Shown one piece after another: positions 37,908 through 47,883 of a DNA stretch of 64,000 bases (its first letter is position 1; each line of letters begins with the position of its first letter). A program made the translations under genes and the position numbers. The notes under the pieces were generated by a model that ran no database searches, was not told the DNA's origin, and worked only from the letters and a program-made list of their open reading frames with translations. This stretch comes from Candidatus Chazhemtobacterium aquaticus (GTDB lineage: Bacteria > Patescibacteriota > Microgenomatia > UBA1400 > Chazhemtobacteraceae), in NCBI RefSeq assembly GCF_009936135.1, contig NZ_CP047901.1:216984-280983 (forward strand). Reading direction: 5' to 3'.

Positions 37908-39818
37908 CTACCAGCTGTCTATTTCATCAAAATCATCACTTACCAATTCCTCCACCACTCTTCCGTTCACCGGCTTTGGAGCCGTCTCCCACTCGTTTAC
38001 TACCCTCCAACCATTACTTTCCTTTTTTCTACCCCTGTCCACATAGGCGGGAGTTCGGCTTCGTATCGTTTCCATCAAGCTCTCGGGTATCTCGCTTAAG
38101 AACCGGCTCGGACTACCATTGTTTCTTTGTCCAAAAAACAGTCTTTGTCTGGCATAGCTTAAATACAACTTTTCTTTAGCTCTTGTCATGGCCACATACA
38201 TTAACCTTCTTTCCTCCTCCAACTGCTCCTTGTCAATTATTGACCTTGAGTGTGGAAACAATCCTTCCTCCAGGCCTACCACAAACACCTCAGAAAACTC
38301 CAAACCCTTTGCTGCGTGTACTGTCATTAAAGTCACCACTCCTTTATCCAGATCCAGGCTTGATTGAGCCTCACTTTGCACTAATGCCACATTTTCCAAG
38401 AAACTATTAAGATCCGAAAACTCTTTTGCCACACTCATCAACTCCTGAATGTTCTCCAATCTTGCTAAGTCTGCCTCATTGTTTCGATCAAACTTCTCAA
38501 CAAATCCACTATTCTCAAGCACTCCCATCAAAAGCTCCTCAGTGCTCAACTCACCTCCACCTCTCACCGTTTCCAACCAACCCTTAAACTTATCCGCCCT
38601 CCTCTTTCCCAGTTTCTCTATCCGCTGCCAGCTCAACATATCCACTTCATTAGCTATTACCCGTAAATACGCCAAAACATCTTTAATCTCTTTTCTTTCA
38701 TAAAACTTAACTCCTCCCACCAATACATAAGGCACACCCGCTCTAATCATTGCCTCCTCAAGGGATCTTGACTGAGCATTCGTCCTATACAGCACCGCAT
38801 ATTTCCCGTACTCACCATTCATCTTTTCTATTACAAATTTGGCTTCCTCTCGTTCGTTCTTTGCTTCATATGTCATCACCTTATCACCCAACTTACCAAT
38901 AGCCTTCAACTCTAGAATTGGATGACCAGTATTATTCCCAATTACCCCGTAGGCCGCATCCAAGATCCGCTGTGTACTTCGATAATTCTCCTCCAGCTTA
39001 ACTGTCTCCAAATTAGCATACTCCTGCTTCAATAAATTTAAATTACGATAATCAGCTCCTCGCCAACTGTAAATCGACTGGGAAAAATCCCCAACTACAG
39101 TTAAATTACCTCGCTTTCCATCCAACAACGTAGTTAACCGGTACTGAGCCCTATTAGTATCCTGGTATTCATCAATCAAAATTTGACTATACTCAGCCCT
39201 CATTCTTTCCCCAACCTCATCTATTTCCAACAACCTTACCCCCAACCTTAATAAATCATCAAAGTCAACGGCATTACTTTCTCTCATTCTCATCTCGTAT
39301 CTCTCCCATACTTGCGCTACTTGTTTTTGACTAAAACCCCTTGCCATTTCGGCATAATCACCTACTCCCAACATCTCATTTTTAGCATTACCAATCATGG
39401 CCATCACCATTGCTGGTTTTAACTCCCTCTCATCAAATCCCAACTCTTTAACGATCGTCTTAATCAGTTCTTTTTTATCAGTTTCATCGTAAATTACATA
39501 ATTTCGACCTAGACCAACTCGCTCGCCATATTTTCTCAATAACTGTGCACAAAAAGCATGAAAAGTCCCCGCAAAACCAATCCTTTTTCCAACTAATTGC
39601 TCCACCCTCTGTCTCATCTCACCCGCCGCCTTGTTTGTAAACGTCAACAGTATAATCTCCTCGGCCCTCACCTTACCCTGGTCAATCAGCCAAGCCACTC
39701 GATAAGTTAACACCCTAGTTTTTCCTGAACCAGCCCCTGCCAGTACCAATAAAGGCCCTTTGTCATAACAAACAGCCCTCAACTGTTGTTCGTTTAGTTC
39801 GTTTTTCCAATCAATCAT
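37908..39818 (-). CDS. uvrD: ATP-dependent DNA helicase PcrA/UvrD (compact)
   Basis: LNEQQLRAV, LVLAGAGSGKTRVLT, DEYQDTN and the VHAAKGLEF motif VI are present. Confidence 0.85.
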   Translation of the reverse strand: MIDWKNELNEQQLRAVCYDKGPLLVLAGAGSGKTRVLTYRVAWLIDQGKVRAEEIILLTFTNKAAGEMRQRVEQLVGKRIGFAGTFHAFCAQLLRKYGERVGLGRNYVIYDETDKKELIKTIVKELGFDERELKPAMVMAMIGNAKNEMLGVGDYAEMARGFSQKQVAQVWERYEMRMRESNAVDFDDLLRLGVRLLEIDEVGERMRAEYSQILIDEYQDTNRAQYRLTTLLDGKRGNLTVVGDFSQSIYSWRGADYRNLNLLKQEYANLETVKLEENYRSTQRILDAAYGVIGNNTGHPILELKAIGKLGDKVMTYEAKNEREEAKFVIEKMNGEYGKYAVLYRTNAQSRSLEEAMIRAGVPYVLVGGVKFYERKEIKDVLAYLRVIANEVDMLSWQRIEKLGKRRADKFKGWLETVRGGGELSTEELLMGVLENSGFVEKFDRNNEADLARLENIQELMSVAKEFSDLNSFLENVALVQSEAQSSLDLDKGVVTLMTVHAAKGLEFSEVFVVGLEEGLFPHSRSIIDKEQLEEERRLMYVAMTRAKEKLYLSYARQRLFFGQRNNGSPSRFLSEIPESLMETIRSRTPAYVDRGRKKESNGWRVVNEWETAPKPVNGRVVEELVSDDFDEIDSW

Positions 39819-39874
39819 GCAACCACCTAGTGTAAACTAATTAATAAATCATATCCACGCATCTACGTATAAAT

Positions 39875-40540
39875 ATGCAATATTTCATCGCCAACTGGAA
39901 ACAAAACTTTAGCCTCAAAGAAGCTCAAGAATGGTTCTCTCGGTTCGCCCCACCCTCAACTAAAGACCAGATTATCGTTGCCACTTCACATATCCACCTT
40001 GGTTCAATCACCCCCTCACCTCAACTATCTCTAGCCGCTCAATTTGTTTCTCCATATGACAACGGGGCTCACACTGGGCAAATTGGGGCACAGCAACTCC
40101 GCGGCCTAGTTGATTATTGCTTAGTCGGTCATTCCGAAACCAGAAAAGACCTCCAAGAAACTGACCAACTGGTGGCTCAAAAGGTCAGACTTCTCCAAAA
40201 AGCTAACATTACCCCTATTGTTTGTCTAGATTTACCGTATCTCGAATCCCAAATTCGAGTGCTTCTACTTGAGCTTCTTGAAATCAAGAATTTAATTTTT
40301 GCCTATGAACCATTATCCGCTATCGGTACTGGCCAATCCGAGTCACCACAACGAGCCAATGAAATTGCCTTCAAAATAACTACCCTAGCCCACAATCGTT
40401 CTCTCCCCATACTCTATGGTGGTTCTGTCGACCCATTTAACGTGACAGATTATCTCTCCCAAGAGTATATCTCTGGAGTTTTGGTTGGCTCAGCCTCTCT
40501 TGATCCAGAAGAATTTGCTAAAATTATCAAGCCTAGCTAG
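39875..40540 (+). CDS. tpiA: Triose-phosphate isomerase
   Basis: ANWKQN, GHSETR, AYEPLSAIGTG and YGGSV are present. Confidence 0.8.
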   Translation: MQYFIANWKQNFSLKEAQEWFSRFAPPSTKDQIIVATSHIHLGSITPSPQLSLAAQFVSPYDNGAHTGQIGAQQLRGLVDYCLVGHSETRKDLQETDQLVAQKVRLLQKANITPIVCLDLPYLESQIRVLLLELLEIKNLIFAYEPLSAIGTGQSESPQRANEIAFKITTLAHNRSLPILYGGSVDPFNVTDYLSQEYISGVLVGSASLDPEEFAKIIKPS

Positions 40541-40569
40541 CCTTTTCTATTAACCTGTAAAAAATATTT

Positions 40570-41655
40570 ATGTCTCGTTCTAATAACATCTTCTCTCGTC
40601 TGAAACGAAAACTGCCTCAACATTCATCAAAAATCAAACTCACACTTCTGCTTGCAGGACTAGGTCTGGGCATTTTTTTTCTCTACTCTCTTGTTGCCCC
40701 ACTAACCCACCTGGTCCAAACTCTTCTTAAGGGTCCCTCTGCTATTATCTCGTTTACTCAAGACGCATCCCAGAACCTCAAGACTACTCAAGGTCGTACC
40801 AATATTCTTCTTCTCGGTATGGGCGGAGAGGGTCACGAAGGTGCCCTTCTTACTGACTCAATCATTGTAATTTCCTACAACCACGACCAAAAAGCTGCCA
40901 CCCTTATTTCCCTGCCCCGAGATCTGTGGGTCGACTCTCTCAAAACGAAAATTAATGCTGTTTACTACTACGGTGAGCAAAAACAAGCCGGCGGCGGACT
41001 CATCTTAGCAAAATCTGCCGTCGCCGAAATCACCGATCTACCCATTCATTATGGATTTGCCATTAATTTTGATGGATTCAAGGAGGCTATTGATCTAGTT
41101 GGCGGAGTCGATGTTGATATCAAGAGAACCTTTGACGACTATCGTTATCCCATTCCTGGTATGGAGAATGCTTATCCTGAAGAGCTCCGTTATGAACATT
41201 TACACTTTGATGCCGGCCTAGCACATCTTGACGGAGAACTTGCCTTAAAATATGTTCGCTCTCGCCACGCTCAAGGAGAGGAGGGGACTGACTTCGCCAG
41301 AAGCCAAAGGCAACAACAGGTTCTCATTGCCTTCAAAGACAAGCTTATCTCAAGTAAAACCTTGCTTGATTTACCCAAAATCAATCAACTTCTTGGTCTT
41401 TATCAAGTCTACATCGATACCGATATTCTTGACACCGAGTACGCTTCCTTTGCCAAAATTGCCCTAAACCTCAAATCTGACAAGATCCGCTCAATAAGCC
41501 TTGCTACTGACGACTCCAAAACCGGCGAAATCGGCATCCTTGAGGTTCCTCAAGATAAGCAGCCTTACCAAAATCAATGGGTTCTCATCGCCAAAGACAA
41601 CAACTGGAATGCCCTAAAACTATACATTCAAAACCAACTCAATCAACAAGACTAA
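40570..41655 (+). CDS. LCP (LytR-CpsA-Psr) family cell-wall glycopolymer ligase
   Basis: One TM, then TNILLLGMGGEG...TDSIIVISYN...ISLPRDLWV, which is the LCP core. Confidence 0.8.
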   Translation: MSRSNNIFSRLKRKLPQHSSKIKLTLLLAGLGLGIFFLYSLVAPLTHLVQTLLKGPSAIISFTQDASQNLKTTQGRTNILLLGMGGEGHEGALLTDSIIVISYNHDQKAATLISLPRDLWVDSLKTKINAVYYYGEQKQAGGGLILAKSAVAEITDLPIHYGFAINFDGFKEAIDLVGGVDVDIKRTFDDYRYPIPGMENAYPEELRYEHLHFDAGLAHLDGELALKYVRSRHAQGEEGTDFARSQRQQQVLIAFKDKLISSKTLLDLPKINQLLGLYQVYIDTDILDTEYASFAKIALNLKSDKIRSISLATDDSKTGEIGILEVPQDKQPYQNQWVLIAKDNNWNALKLYIQNQLNQQD

Positions 41656-43652
41656 TAAATCGTCTCTCTCAAACCATCTCCTATCTCAACAATCGTCGTC
41701 CCTTCCTGCATATAAACTACTCTACCCAACTCTTTCAATCCATTCTCATCAAGACTTTCGTAAGCCTCTCGTTCTTTGGTCCCAACAAATACGTATCTCA
41801 CCCCATATCTCTCCAAAACCTCCCAAGCCGCCCTAGACCCAGGATCTTCATAAACAACCCTCACCTCCTCAGTTCTTTCTCCGGGAATATCAAATCCCCC
41901 GCGCCACAACCATTCATGAACCCTCCAACCTAATACTGTTGGTAGCCCTGTAAACGCCGACACTCTAGCGTTTTTAGTGTAACTTTCTCCTACTGCCTCC
42001 AATACCACCTCTCCACCCCTGGCATTGTTCCTCAGCCACAATATTCCCCCATAATCACCCGGTACCTCTTTTGCTAACCACTTCTCCCCATTTATGCCCC
42101 GATAACTCCCTGAACTTGAGTAATAGCCCAAGTACGCTTGGGGGGTATATGCCAAAAAACCACACAAACCCAATATCACCAAGCTCCACATTACTATTCT
42201 CTGCCCAGTTGATCTGGTCAAACCTAACCCAACTCCAATCATGATCGACATCAACACAAACGACTGATACGTCAGCTTAAACATTGTATTTGCTCTAGGA
42301 TGAGACGGATAAATATCTTTCACGTATATCAACTCCGGTATAACCAGCAACATCCACGCCGTTATCACTCCTGCAACGACCAACCAGTTCTTCTGTCTGT
42401 TTTTAAACGACCACCATAATGCCAAACCACTTAAAACCAAATGTCCCAACCACAAAATCATAAAATCTCCCAACCTCGACCTTTCCTCTACTATTCTTGC
42501 GCCCTGACCAATCGAGTCAAACTCTATTAACCAAGGAGCCGCCACCGCCATTGTTACCACCAACCCCATCAAGCCTGTTAAGGCCAACTCTCCCAGCGTT
42601 ACTCTTCTAGATATCAACATCATCAAACCAAACATTACCGCCAGCAAGCCATACACCATTACATCCCATGTATTGGTCATCACCATCACCCCCATTACCA
42701 CACCCATTCCTATAGACCATACCGACCTTTTTTTCGCCTTTCCCCAACCTGCCAACATACTCACAAACAGTAATACTATTGGCAAATTCCACAGATGTGC
42801 ATGCAAATCACTTACCACAAAGCTATAGCTTGGAAACTCGTGAATCGTGTTTTCAATAAACCTGGTCGCATCGGCATACCAATAGCCCTCAAAACCCCCA
42901 TATCTAATCCAATACCAAGCAGCATGGCTATTCCCCCCAAATACGACCAACAAAGCTCCAATCACCCCCGCTACCAACACAGTTTTTTCTACCCCGCTTT
43001 TAGCCTTAACCTCGCCTCTTGCCCAGTATGCCAAATTAACCACCGCCGAAAACGCTCCCGACATTACCAATCCCATCAGCCATCCTAATAACAAGTTATA
43101 TCCCCAAGCAATCTCAACCCCCCACAACCTTATCATCACACTCCCCAAAAAATGACCAAAACTATAATAATTTATCGAATTCCCAGCCAGCCACATATCC
43201 CCAGTCGGGAGAGTCTCTGCCCTCAAGTAGCTGTTAATAAATCCCATATCCATAAACTTCTCCAGATCCAAGATGTCTGGGTTATAGCCTCGAACCAACA
43301 CCATAAAAACCAGTCCCGCCAAAAACAAAACCTCCTCCATCATTACCACCCGCCACCGTTTCCCCAACCACCCCAACACCTCTTTTCTACCCACCCAAAT
43401 CCATTTTGCGGCCAACAATAACCACAGCCACGACACTACTCCCACTCCTACCACACTATTAACCGGTAACTGCATATGGCCACCAAACCACACTGTCAAT
43501 CCAACAACCAACCAGCCCACCACCCTTCCCATCCCCCAACCACCATCTATCAGCTCATCCTTTGCCGCCCTCACCATTACCAGACCAGCGCTCAACTGCA
43601 TCACTAAGCCTATCAACCACACCACCATGATCAATACCAAATCATTCACCAT
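41652..43652 (-). CDS. Large polytopic membrane protein with a C-terminal soluble domain (GT-C-like / DUF2298-like)
   Basis: ORF of 666 aa with more than 12 TM helices and a C-terminal globular region of about 130 aa. No catalytic motif is assigned. Confidence 0.45.
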   Translation of the reverse strand: MVNDLVLIMVVWLIGLVMQLSAGLVMVRAAKDELIDGGWGMGRVVGWLVVGLTVWFGGHMQLPVNSVVGVGVVSWLWLLLAAKWIWVGRKEVLGWLGKRWRVVMMEEVLFLAGLVFMVLVRGYNPDILDLEKFMDMGFINSYLRAETLPTGDMWLAGNSINYYSFGHFLGSVMIRLWGVEIAWGYNLLLGWLMGLVMSGAFSAVVNLAYWARGEVKAKSGVEKTVLVAGVIGALLVVFGGNSHAAWYWIRYGGFEGYWYADATRFIENTIHEFPSYSFVVSDLHAHLWNLPIVLLFVSMLAGWGKAKKRSVWSIGMGVVMGVMVMTNTWDVMVYGLLAVMFGLMMLISRRVTLGELALTGLMGLVVTMAVAAPWLIEFDSIGQGARIVEERSRLGDFMILWLGHLVLSGLALWWSFKNRQKNWLVVAGVITAWMLLVIPELIYVKDIYPSHPRANTMFKLTYQSFVLMSIMIGVGLGLTRSTGQRIVMWSLVILGLCGFLAYTPQAYLGYYSSSGSYRGINGEKWLAKEVPGDYGGILWLRNNARGGEVVLEAVGESYTKNARVSAFTGLPTVLGWRVHEWLWRGGFDIPGERTEEVRVVYEDPGSRAAWEVLERYGVRYVFVGTKEREAYESLDENGLKELGRVVYMQEGTTIVEIGDGLRETIY

Positions 43653-43661
43653 AATTTAATC

Positions 43662-44930
43662 TTAAAGTTTTTCTCTCTGCTCATCCAACATTAACTGAGC
43701 CACTCTTGTTCCCAGATCTACTGCATAATTAGTACCTCTGTCCCACGGATAAACCATACTCATATTCGCCAACCATAAACCTTTTTTTCCACCGCTCATC
43801 CTTGGCAGGTTTCTAGAATAATTAACAGGAAAAACCGGTTGAGCAAACGGTGACTGGAACTTCCACATTCGCCTTACCCACCCTTTCTTAAATCGGGGAT
43901 TAACCTGCTTCAAATATGGCTCAAATAACCCTAACAACTCCCCCTCCGACATCGTAAGTCTCACATCATCCGCCGCCAAGTAATTGCCAACATAAACGAC
44001 TCGCTTGCCCCCATAATGTCTCTTGTCTACCAATCTAGTGTGTTCAACCACCACCAAAAAAGGCCAGTCCTTCTCCAAAATATTTAGCCAATAACAATCC
44101 ATCAAGCTTTCATCAAGTTCCATCACCAGTGTTTGGCCCCACAAATACCCGATTTTTTTTCTAGCTACCTTTTGCTCTAACAATTCCTCCGCCAAAGGCA
44201 TCGGCGCCGTTATCAACACCTGATCATATCTCTCTCCATTCACTCTCCAACTCTTTTCTTCACGCTTAACCTCCTTAATATTTGTCTGCATTCTAATTTG
44301 CCCACCTTTTTTCTCAACATACTCACCCATTTTCTCCGCCAATCTCTCAAAACCTTCATTAAAGTAACCCAGCTTCTTTGTTCGCTTGTACACCCTTGCC
44401 CAAAACCAGGCCAAATTAACTTGACCAACCTCCCTGCCAAACTTTGCCATAAGCATCGGCTTCCAGATTTTTTCATACCCCTCCCTGCCTACCAACAATG
44501 GTAGAGTTTTCACTACCAAGAACCTTTCAAATAACACTCCTAATCTCGGCCACATTACCAGCTTCAATACAACCAGGCCCATTGCCATCCGCAGTCTTCC
44601 CCAAACACTCAACTGGCCATATCTAAGCAACGCTAAAGGCGAGTCCAGCTCCTTCATCACCCCTTTTTTCCAGGTTTTCGTAACCGGGCTCAAGAAAAAA
44701 GCAGGCCAACCAACTTTCTTGGCCACTCGAATAATCTCCTTGTCATTAGTAAAAATATGGTGATAATACTTCTCTAGACTCCACTTCCACCCTTTCGGTT
44801 TAAAACCACCCGCCAAGCCCCCCAGTCTCTCCTCGGCCTCATAAACCTCTACTTCACAACCGTTACCCACCAACTCAATTGCTGCCGCCAAACCCGTAAA
44901 ACCACCACCAATGATTGCAACTTTCATCAC
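43662..44930 (-). CDS. FAD-dependent oxidoreductase resembling UDP-galactopyranose mutase (Glf-like)
   Basis: The Rossmann motif VAIIGGGFTGL...E.EERLGG is present. YHHIFTNDKEI resembles the UGM GAHIFHTNDK block, and C-terminal DRGTNYAVDLGTRVA resembles the UGM GRLAEYKYYDM region. It is longer than canonical Glf. Confidence 0.45.
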   Translation of the reverse strand: MMKVAIIGGGFTGLAAAIELVGNGCEVEVYEAEERLGGLAGGFKPKGWKWSLEKYYHHIFTNDKEIIRVAKKVGWPAFFLSPVTKTWKKGVMKELDSPLALLRYGQLSVWGRLRMAMGLVVLKLVMWPRLGVLFERFLVVKTLPLLVGREGYEKIWKPMLMAKFGREVGQVNLAWFWARVYKRTKKLGYFNEGFERLAEKMGEYVEKKGGQIRMQTNIKEVKREEKSWRVNGERYDQVLITAPMPLAEELLEQKVARKKIGYLWGQTLVMELDESLMDCYWLNILEKDWPFLVVVEHTRLVDKRHYGGKRVVYVGNYLAADDVRLTMSEGELLGLFEPYLKQVNPRFKKGWVRRMWKFQSPFAQPVFPVNYSRNLPRMSGGKKGLWLANMSMVYPWDRGTNYAVDLGTRVAQLMLDEQREKL

Positions 44931-45041
44931 CTCATTCTAACTAAAGACAACACTTTCTTCCATCAATAAATCACAAAACAGCAAACTAAAACAAACAACA
45001 AATCCTTGAAAAACAACCTATCCTTCAACTCTATAACATCA

Positions 45042-46139
45042 TCACAGAGCCAGTAACACTCCCAACAATACCATAATCAAACCACCTCCAAATGCCGCCA
45101 GTGTTGGCAAGGATATCCCGGCTTCTGGTAGTTGAGCCTGAGTAACCGTTGTCGTTGGAGTCGCAGTAGGTGTCTTTGTTGATGTACCAGTTGGGGTGGC
45201 AGTCGCTGTTGGTGTGCTCGTACCTGTAGGAGTACTGGTCGGACATACACAATCAGTCTCAGGTGTACATGAAGGATTACGACACGATCCGCCAGAGCAA
45301 ATCAAACCCTCTACACAATCGCTGTTAACTGTACACGACTGGTTGCATGATGACTTAATCACTTCGCAAGTACAATCAGTCTCCGCACTACACTCAGGGT
45401 TGCGACACGCCCCCCCCACACATTCCAATCCATCAGAACAGTCAGTATTACTACTACAACCGTCATTGCATGACAACGGTTCATACTGATTCAACACCAC
45501 CAAAGTCACCACTGGATTTGTTACCGTCAAAGTAATCACTCCGTCCGAATACGCATTAGTCCCATATTTGGTCAAGTTAGATCCAGTCAATGAATTCCCG
45601 GGTAGCAAATAGTCGTAATATCTAGGCTCTACCCATCCAGTAGAAGGATTAATTACCTCCTTACTATATTCATAGTTACCAAATGCCAAGTTATTAAAAC
45701 TAACACACTCTGCATCCTTAAATCCGTCCTTGTCCAGCACATCAGTACCAAGGCTTAGTGGAGTGTCAAGGTCTGATCTTAATCCTCCACTCACAGTCAC
45801 TTCGTCAGAAGTTATCACCTCCAATTTGTTCGTCTCAGGCATTAATGAACCATCTACCACCTTGCCGGTCGGATCAATAATCACTGTACATATATTAATC
45901 GTTCCACTTGTCGGCCCATCTATAGTGAAAGTCGCATTACACGCTTCTCCTCCATACCACTCAGCTGCTCGCGGTCTACTCTCTGGAGCTGTTGGTGCCA
46001 CCGACTCCTCCGTCGTTGACAATCTAGTCACCACGATAATCGTCCCCAAACCCACACCCAAGATCAAAGCAATGATTCCGAGCAGTGTTAATGTTTTTTT
46101 CTGTTTAATTGTCATACTTCTACTTAAATACTTCTGCAT
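45042..46139 (-). CDS. Surface protein with an N-terminal signal anchor, a beta-rich domain, two Cys-rich about 36-aa repeats, a Thr/Pro linker and a C-terminal LPEAG + TM sorting-signal-like tail
   Basis: Repeats are C..GC...TDCSDGLECVGGACRNPEC..ETDCTC. The tail is LPEAGISLPTLAAFGGGLIMVLLGVLLAL. Confidence 0.5.
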   Translation of the reverse strand: MQKYLSRSMTIKQKKTLTLLGIIALILGVGLGTIIVVTRLSTTEESVAPTAPESRPRAAEWYGGEACNATFTIDGPTSGTINICTVIIDPTGKVVDGSLMPETNKLEVITSDEVTVSGGLRSDLDTPLSLGTDVLDKDGFKDAECVSFNNLAFGNYEYSKEVINPSTGWVEPRYYDYLLPGNSLTGSNLTKYGTNAYSDGVITLTVTNPVVTLVVLNQYEPLSCNDGCSSNTDCSDGLECVGGACRNPECSAETDCTCEVIKSSCNQSCTVNSDCVEGLICSGGSCRNPSCTPETDCVCPTSTPTGTSTPTATATPTGTSTKTPTATPTTTVTQAQLPEAGISLPTLAAFGGGLIMVLLGVLLAL

Positions 46140-47880
46140 TAACCGTATGCGATCCGGCAGTACTCACCTGATAATCCCAGTAAAAATTACCATTAAACTT
46201 CTCAGTAGTCTCAGTCCACTCTCCATTATTAATTCTAAACCTAGCCTTAGTAAATGTCCCATGAGCTCCACTCACAGTAAACCTAATCGTATCTCCAATC
46301 TCTACATTCTCCGCTATCTCATTCCAAGCAATCTCCACCCAACTCCTATTATCACCACTACTTTCAGGATCTAAAATCCACACCTTAACCAAAGCACACA
46401 TCGGCGTCGGGGTAGGCGTCTGCGTCCCTGTCGGAGTATTAGTCGCAGTTGGAGTCCTCGTAGCCGTCGGAGTTCTAGTTCCGGTTGGCGTCTGTGTTGG
46501 CTGAGAACCACAACTATTATTAATCACAGCAAAATCACCACAAAGCTGACCTTCCCTGCTCCCTCCCACACATACCTGATCCCACTGACCACAACCAGTC
46601 GCCCCAGCTCTTGAAACCGCCGCTGACCTATTTGTTCCATGAAATACTGGATTATTCAAACACTGTCCATTACTCAAGCTACTACATTGAAAACTGTAAT
46701 AGCCGGTACATGAACCACCAGGACACGAATCTCCCCCACCTGTCTGATTACACACCCTACTTCCCGCTACCCCAGTACAATACAGATTCTGACCCGAACA
46801 ACAAGGCCTTGATTCACAAGACTCTAACACTCCAGCACAAGACCCCCCACCACCAGTCGGAGTCGCCGTCGGAGTCCCTCCACCCCCACCACACAAACTC
46901 GCGCTAACCTCTCTTCTTCCGCACAATGTTGCAGAATTCTTGAAACACTGCAGACATAATCCACCGGTCGAAAAAATATGCCCATCAGGTTGACCGGCAC
47001 AACCACTCGCTGAACCTGAGCCACAAACAAAAGCCCCTGGAGTAGGAGTGCTTCCACCTCCACCCCCAGAACACGACCCACCTCCACTGGCAGGACCTCC
47101 ATGACTGGCACATGCCTCTTGTTTTCTTTGTTCACAAGTGGCTTGTGGGGCATTTTCGTCTCGGCCGTAGGACCAGCCATCATTACAACTACCAGCTTCA
47201 CAACAAATACCAGCCCTGGAACGAGTATCCTGAGACGTTGCTAAATCACTCACTCTTGAGCTAAAAAAGATCGCTCCTCCAGCTCCAATCGCTGCTACTG
47301 TCACCAGAGCCAATACCGCTACCACCAATCCCATCTTCGATTTACTTCTCCCTCTCTTTACATCACCCATGTCATCATTAGCCTTAAGATCACCCTTACT
47401 GTCATCTTCCTTTACTCCCAAGTCTCCACCTGCATCACCCGCCTCAGGTTCATCAAGATCCATCTCCGGCAAGCTATCTGCTATTGATGGCACTTCTTCT
47501 GCTCCTGGCAATGCTGAATCCGGCAATGGTGGTAATCCCGCTGTCGGGCCACCATTTAACCTCATCTTCTTCTCAGTCGTATCACCATTCTCATCTCCCC
47601 ATCCGTTATTTTCTCTCCCAATAGAATCGACTTCATCAGCTCCGATTCCACTTTTCACTTCCACCATTTCGTCTAGCACCTCCTGAGCCTTAGTAGACTC
47701 ATCCTCAACTTTTGTATCATCTACCTCATCTCCTCGAGACAAACTCGGTGCTTGGTCATCTACTTTCCTCTCTTTTTGGTTTCCGTTGTCATCAAAAGGC
47801 AAATCACCATATCTGACCTGATCATCAAGATTTTGATCATTTCCATTGCTCTGGTTTTGATTAGCAGGCTTATTATCCAT
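46120..47880 (-). CDS. Membrane-anchored secreted protein with an acidic disordered N-terminal region (about 190 aa), a Cys/Gly-rich region, a Thr/Pro linker and a C-terminal beta-sandwich-like domain
   Basis: The TM is MGLVVAVLALVTVAAIGAGGAIFF. There are many Cys pairs and GGGG runs, and a (TPTx)n linker. Confidence 0.45.
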   Translation of the reverse strand: MDNKPANQNQSNGNDQNLDDQVRYGDLPFDDNGNQKERKVDDQAPSLSRGDEVDDTKVEDESTKAQEVLDEMVEVKSGIGADEVDSIGRENNGWGDENGDTTEKKMRLNGGPTAGLPPLPDSALPGAEEVPSIADSLPEMDLDEPEAGDAGGDLGVKEDDSKGDLKANDDMGDVKRGRSKSKMGLVVAVLALVTVAAIGAGGAIFFSSRVSDLATSQDTRSRAGICCEAGSCNDGWSYGRDENAPQATCEQRKQEACASHGGPASGGGSCSGGGGGSTPTPGAFVCGSGSASGCAGQPDGHIFSTGGLCLQCFKNSATLCGRREVSASLCGGGGGTPTATPTGGGGSCAGVLESCESRPCCSGQNLYCTGVAGSRVCNQTGGGDSCPGGSCTGYYSFQCSSLSNGQCLNNPVFHGTNRSAAVSRAGATGCGQWDQVCVGGSREGQLCGDFAVINNSCGSQPTQTPTGTRTPTATRTPTATNTPTGTQTPTPTPMCALVKVWILDPESSGDNRSWVEIAWNEIAENVEIGDTIRFTVSGAHGTFTKARFRINNGEWTETTEKFNGNFYWDYQVSTAGSHTVNAEVFK

Positions 47881-47883
47881 CTA

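Noticed and set aside
45180-45260. Repetitive ACNCCNACN (Thr-Pro-Thr) DNA runs in the surface-protein genes (also 46380-46500), considered as a possible CRISPR or tandem DNA repeat
   Set aside because: They are irregular and in frame, encoding (TPTx)n linkers. There is no constant repeat-spacer periodicity and no cas genes.
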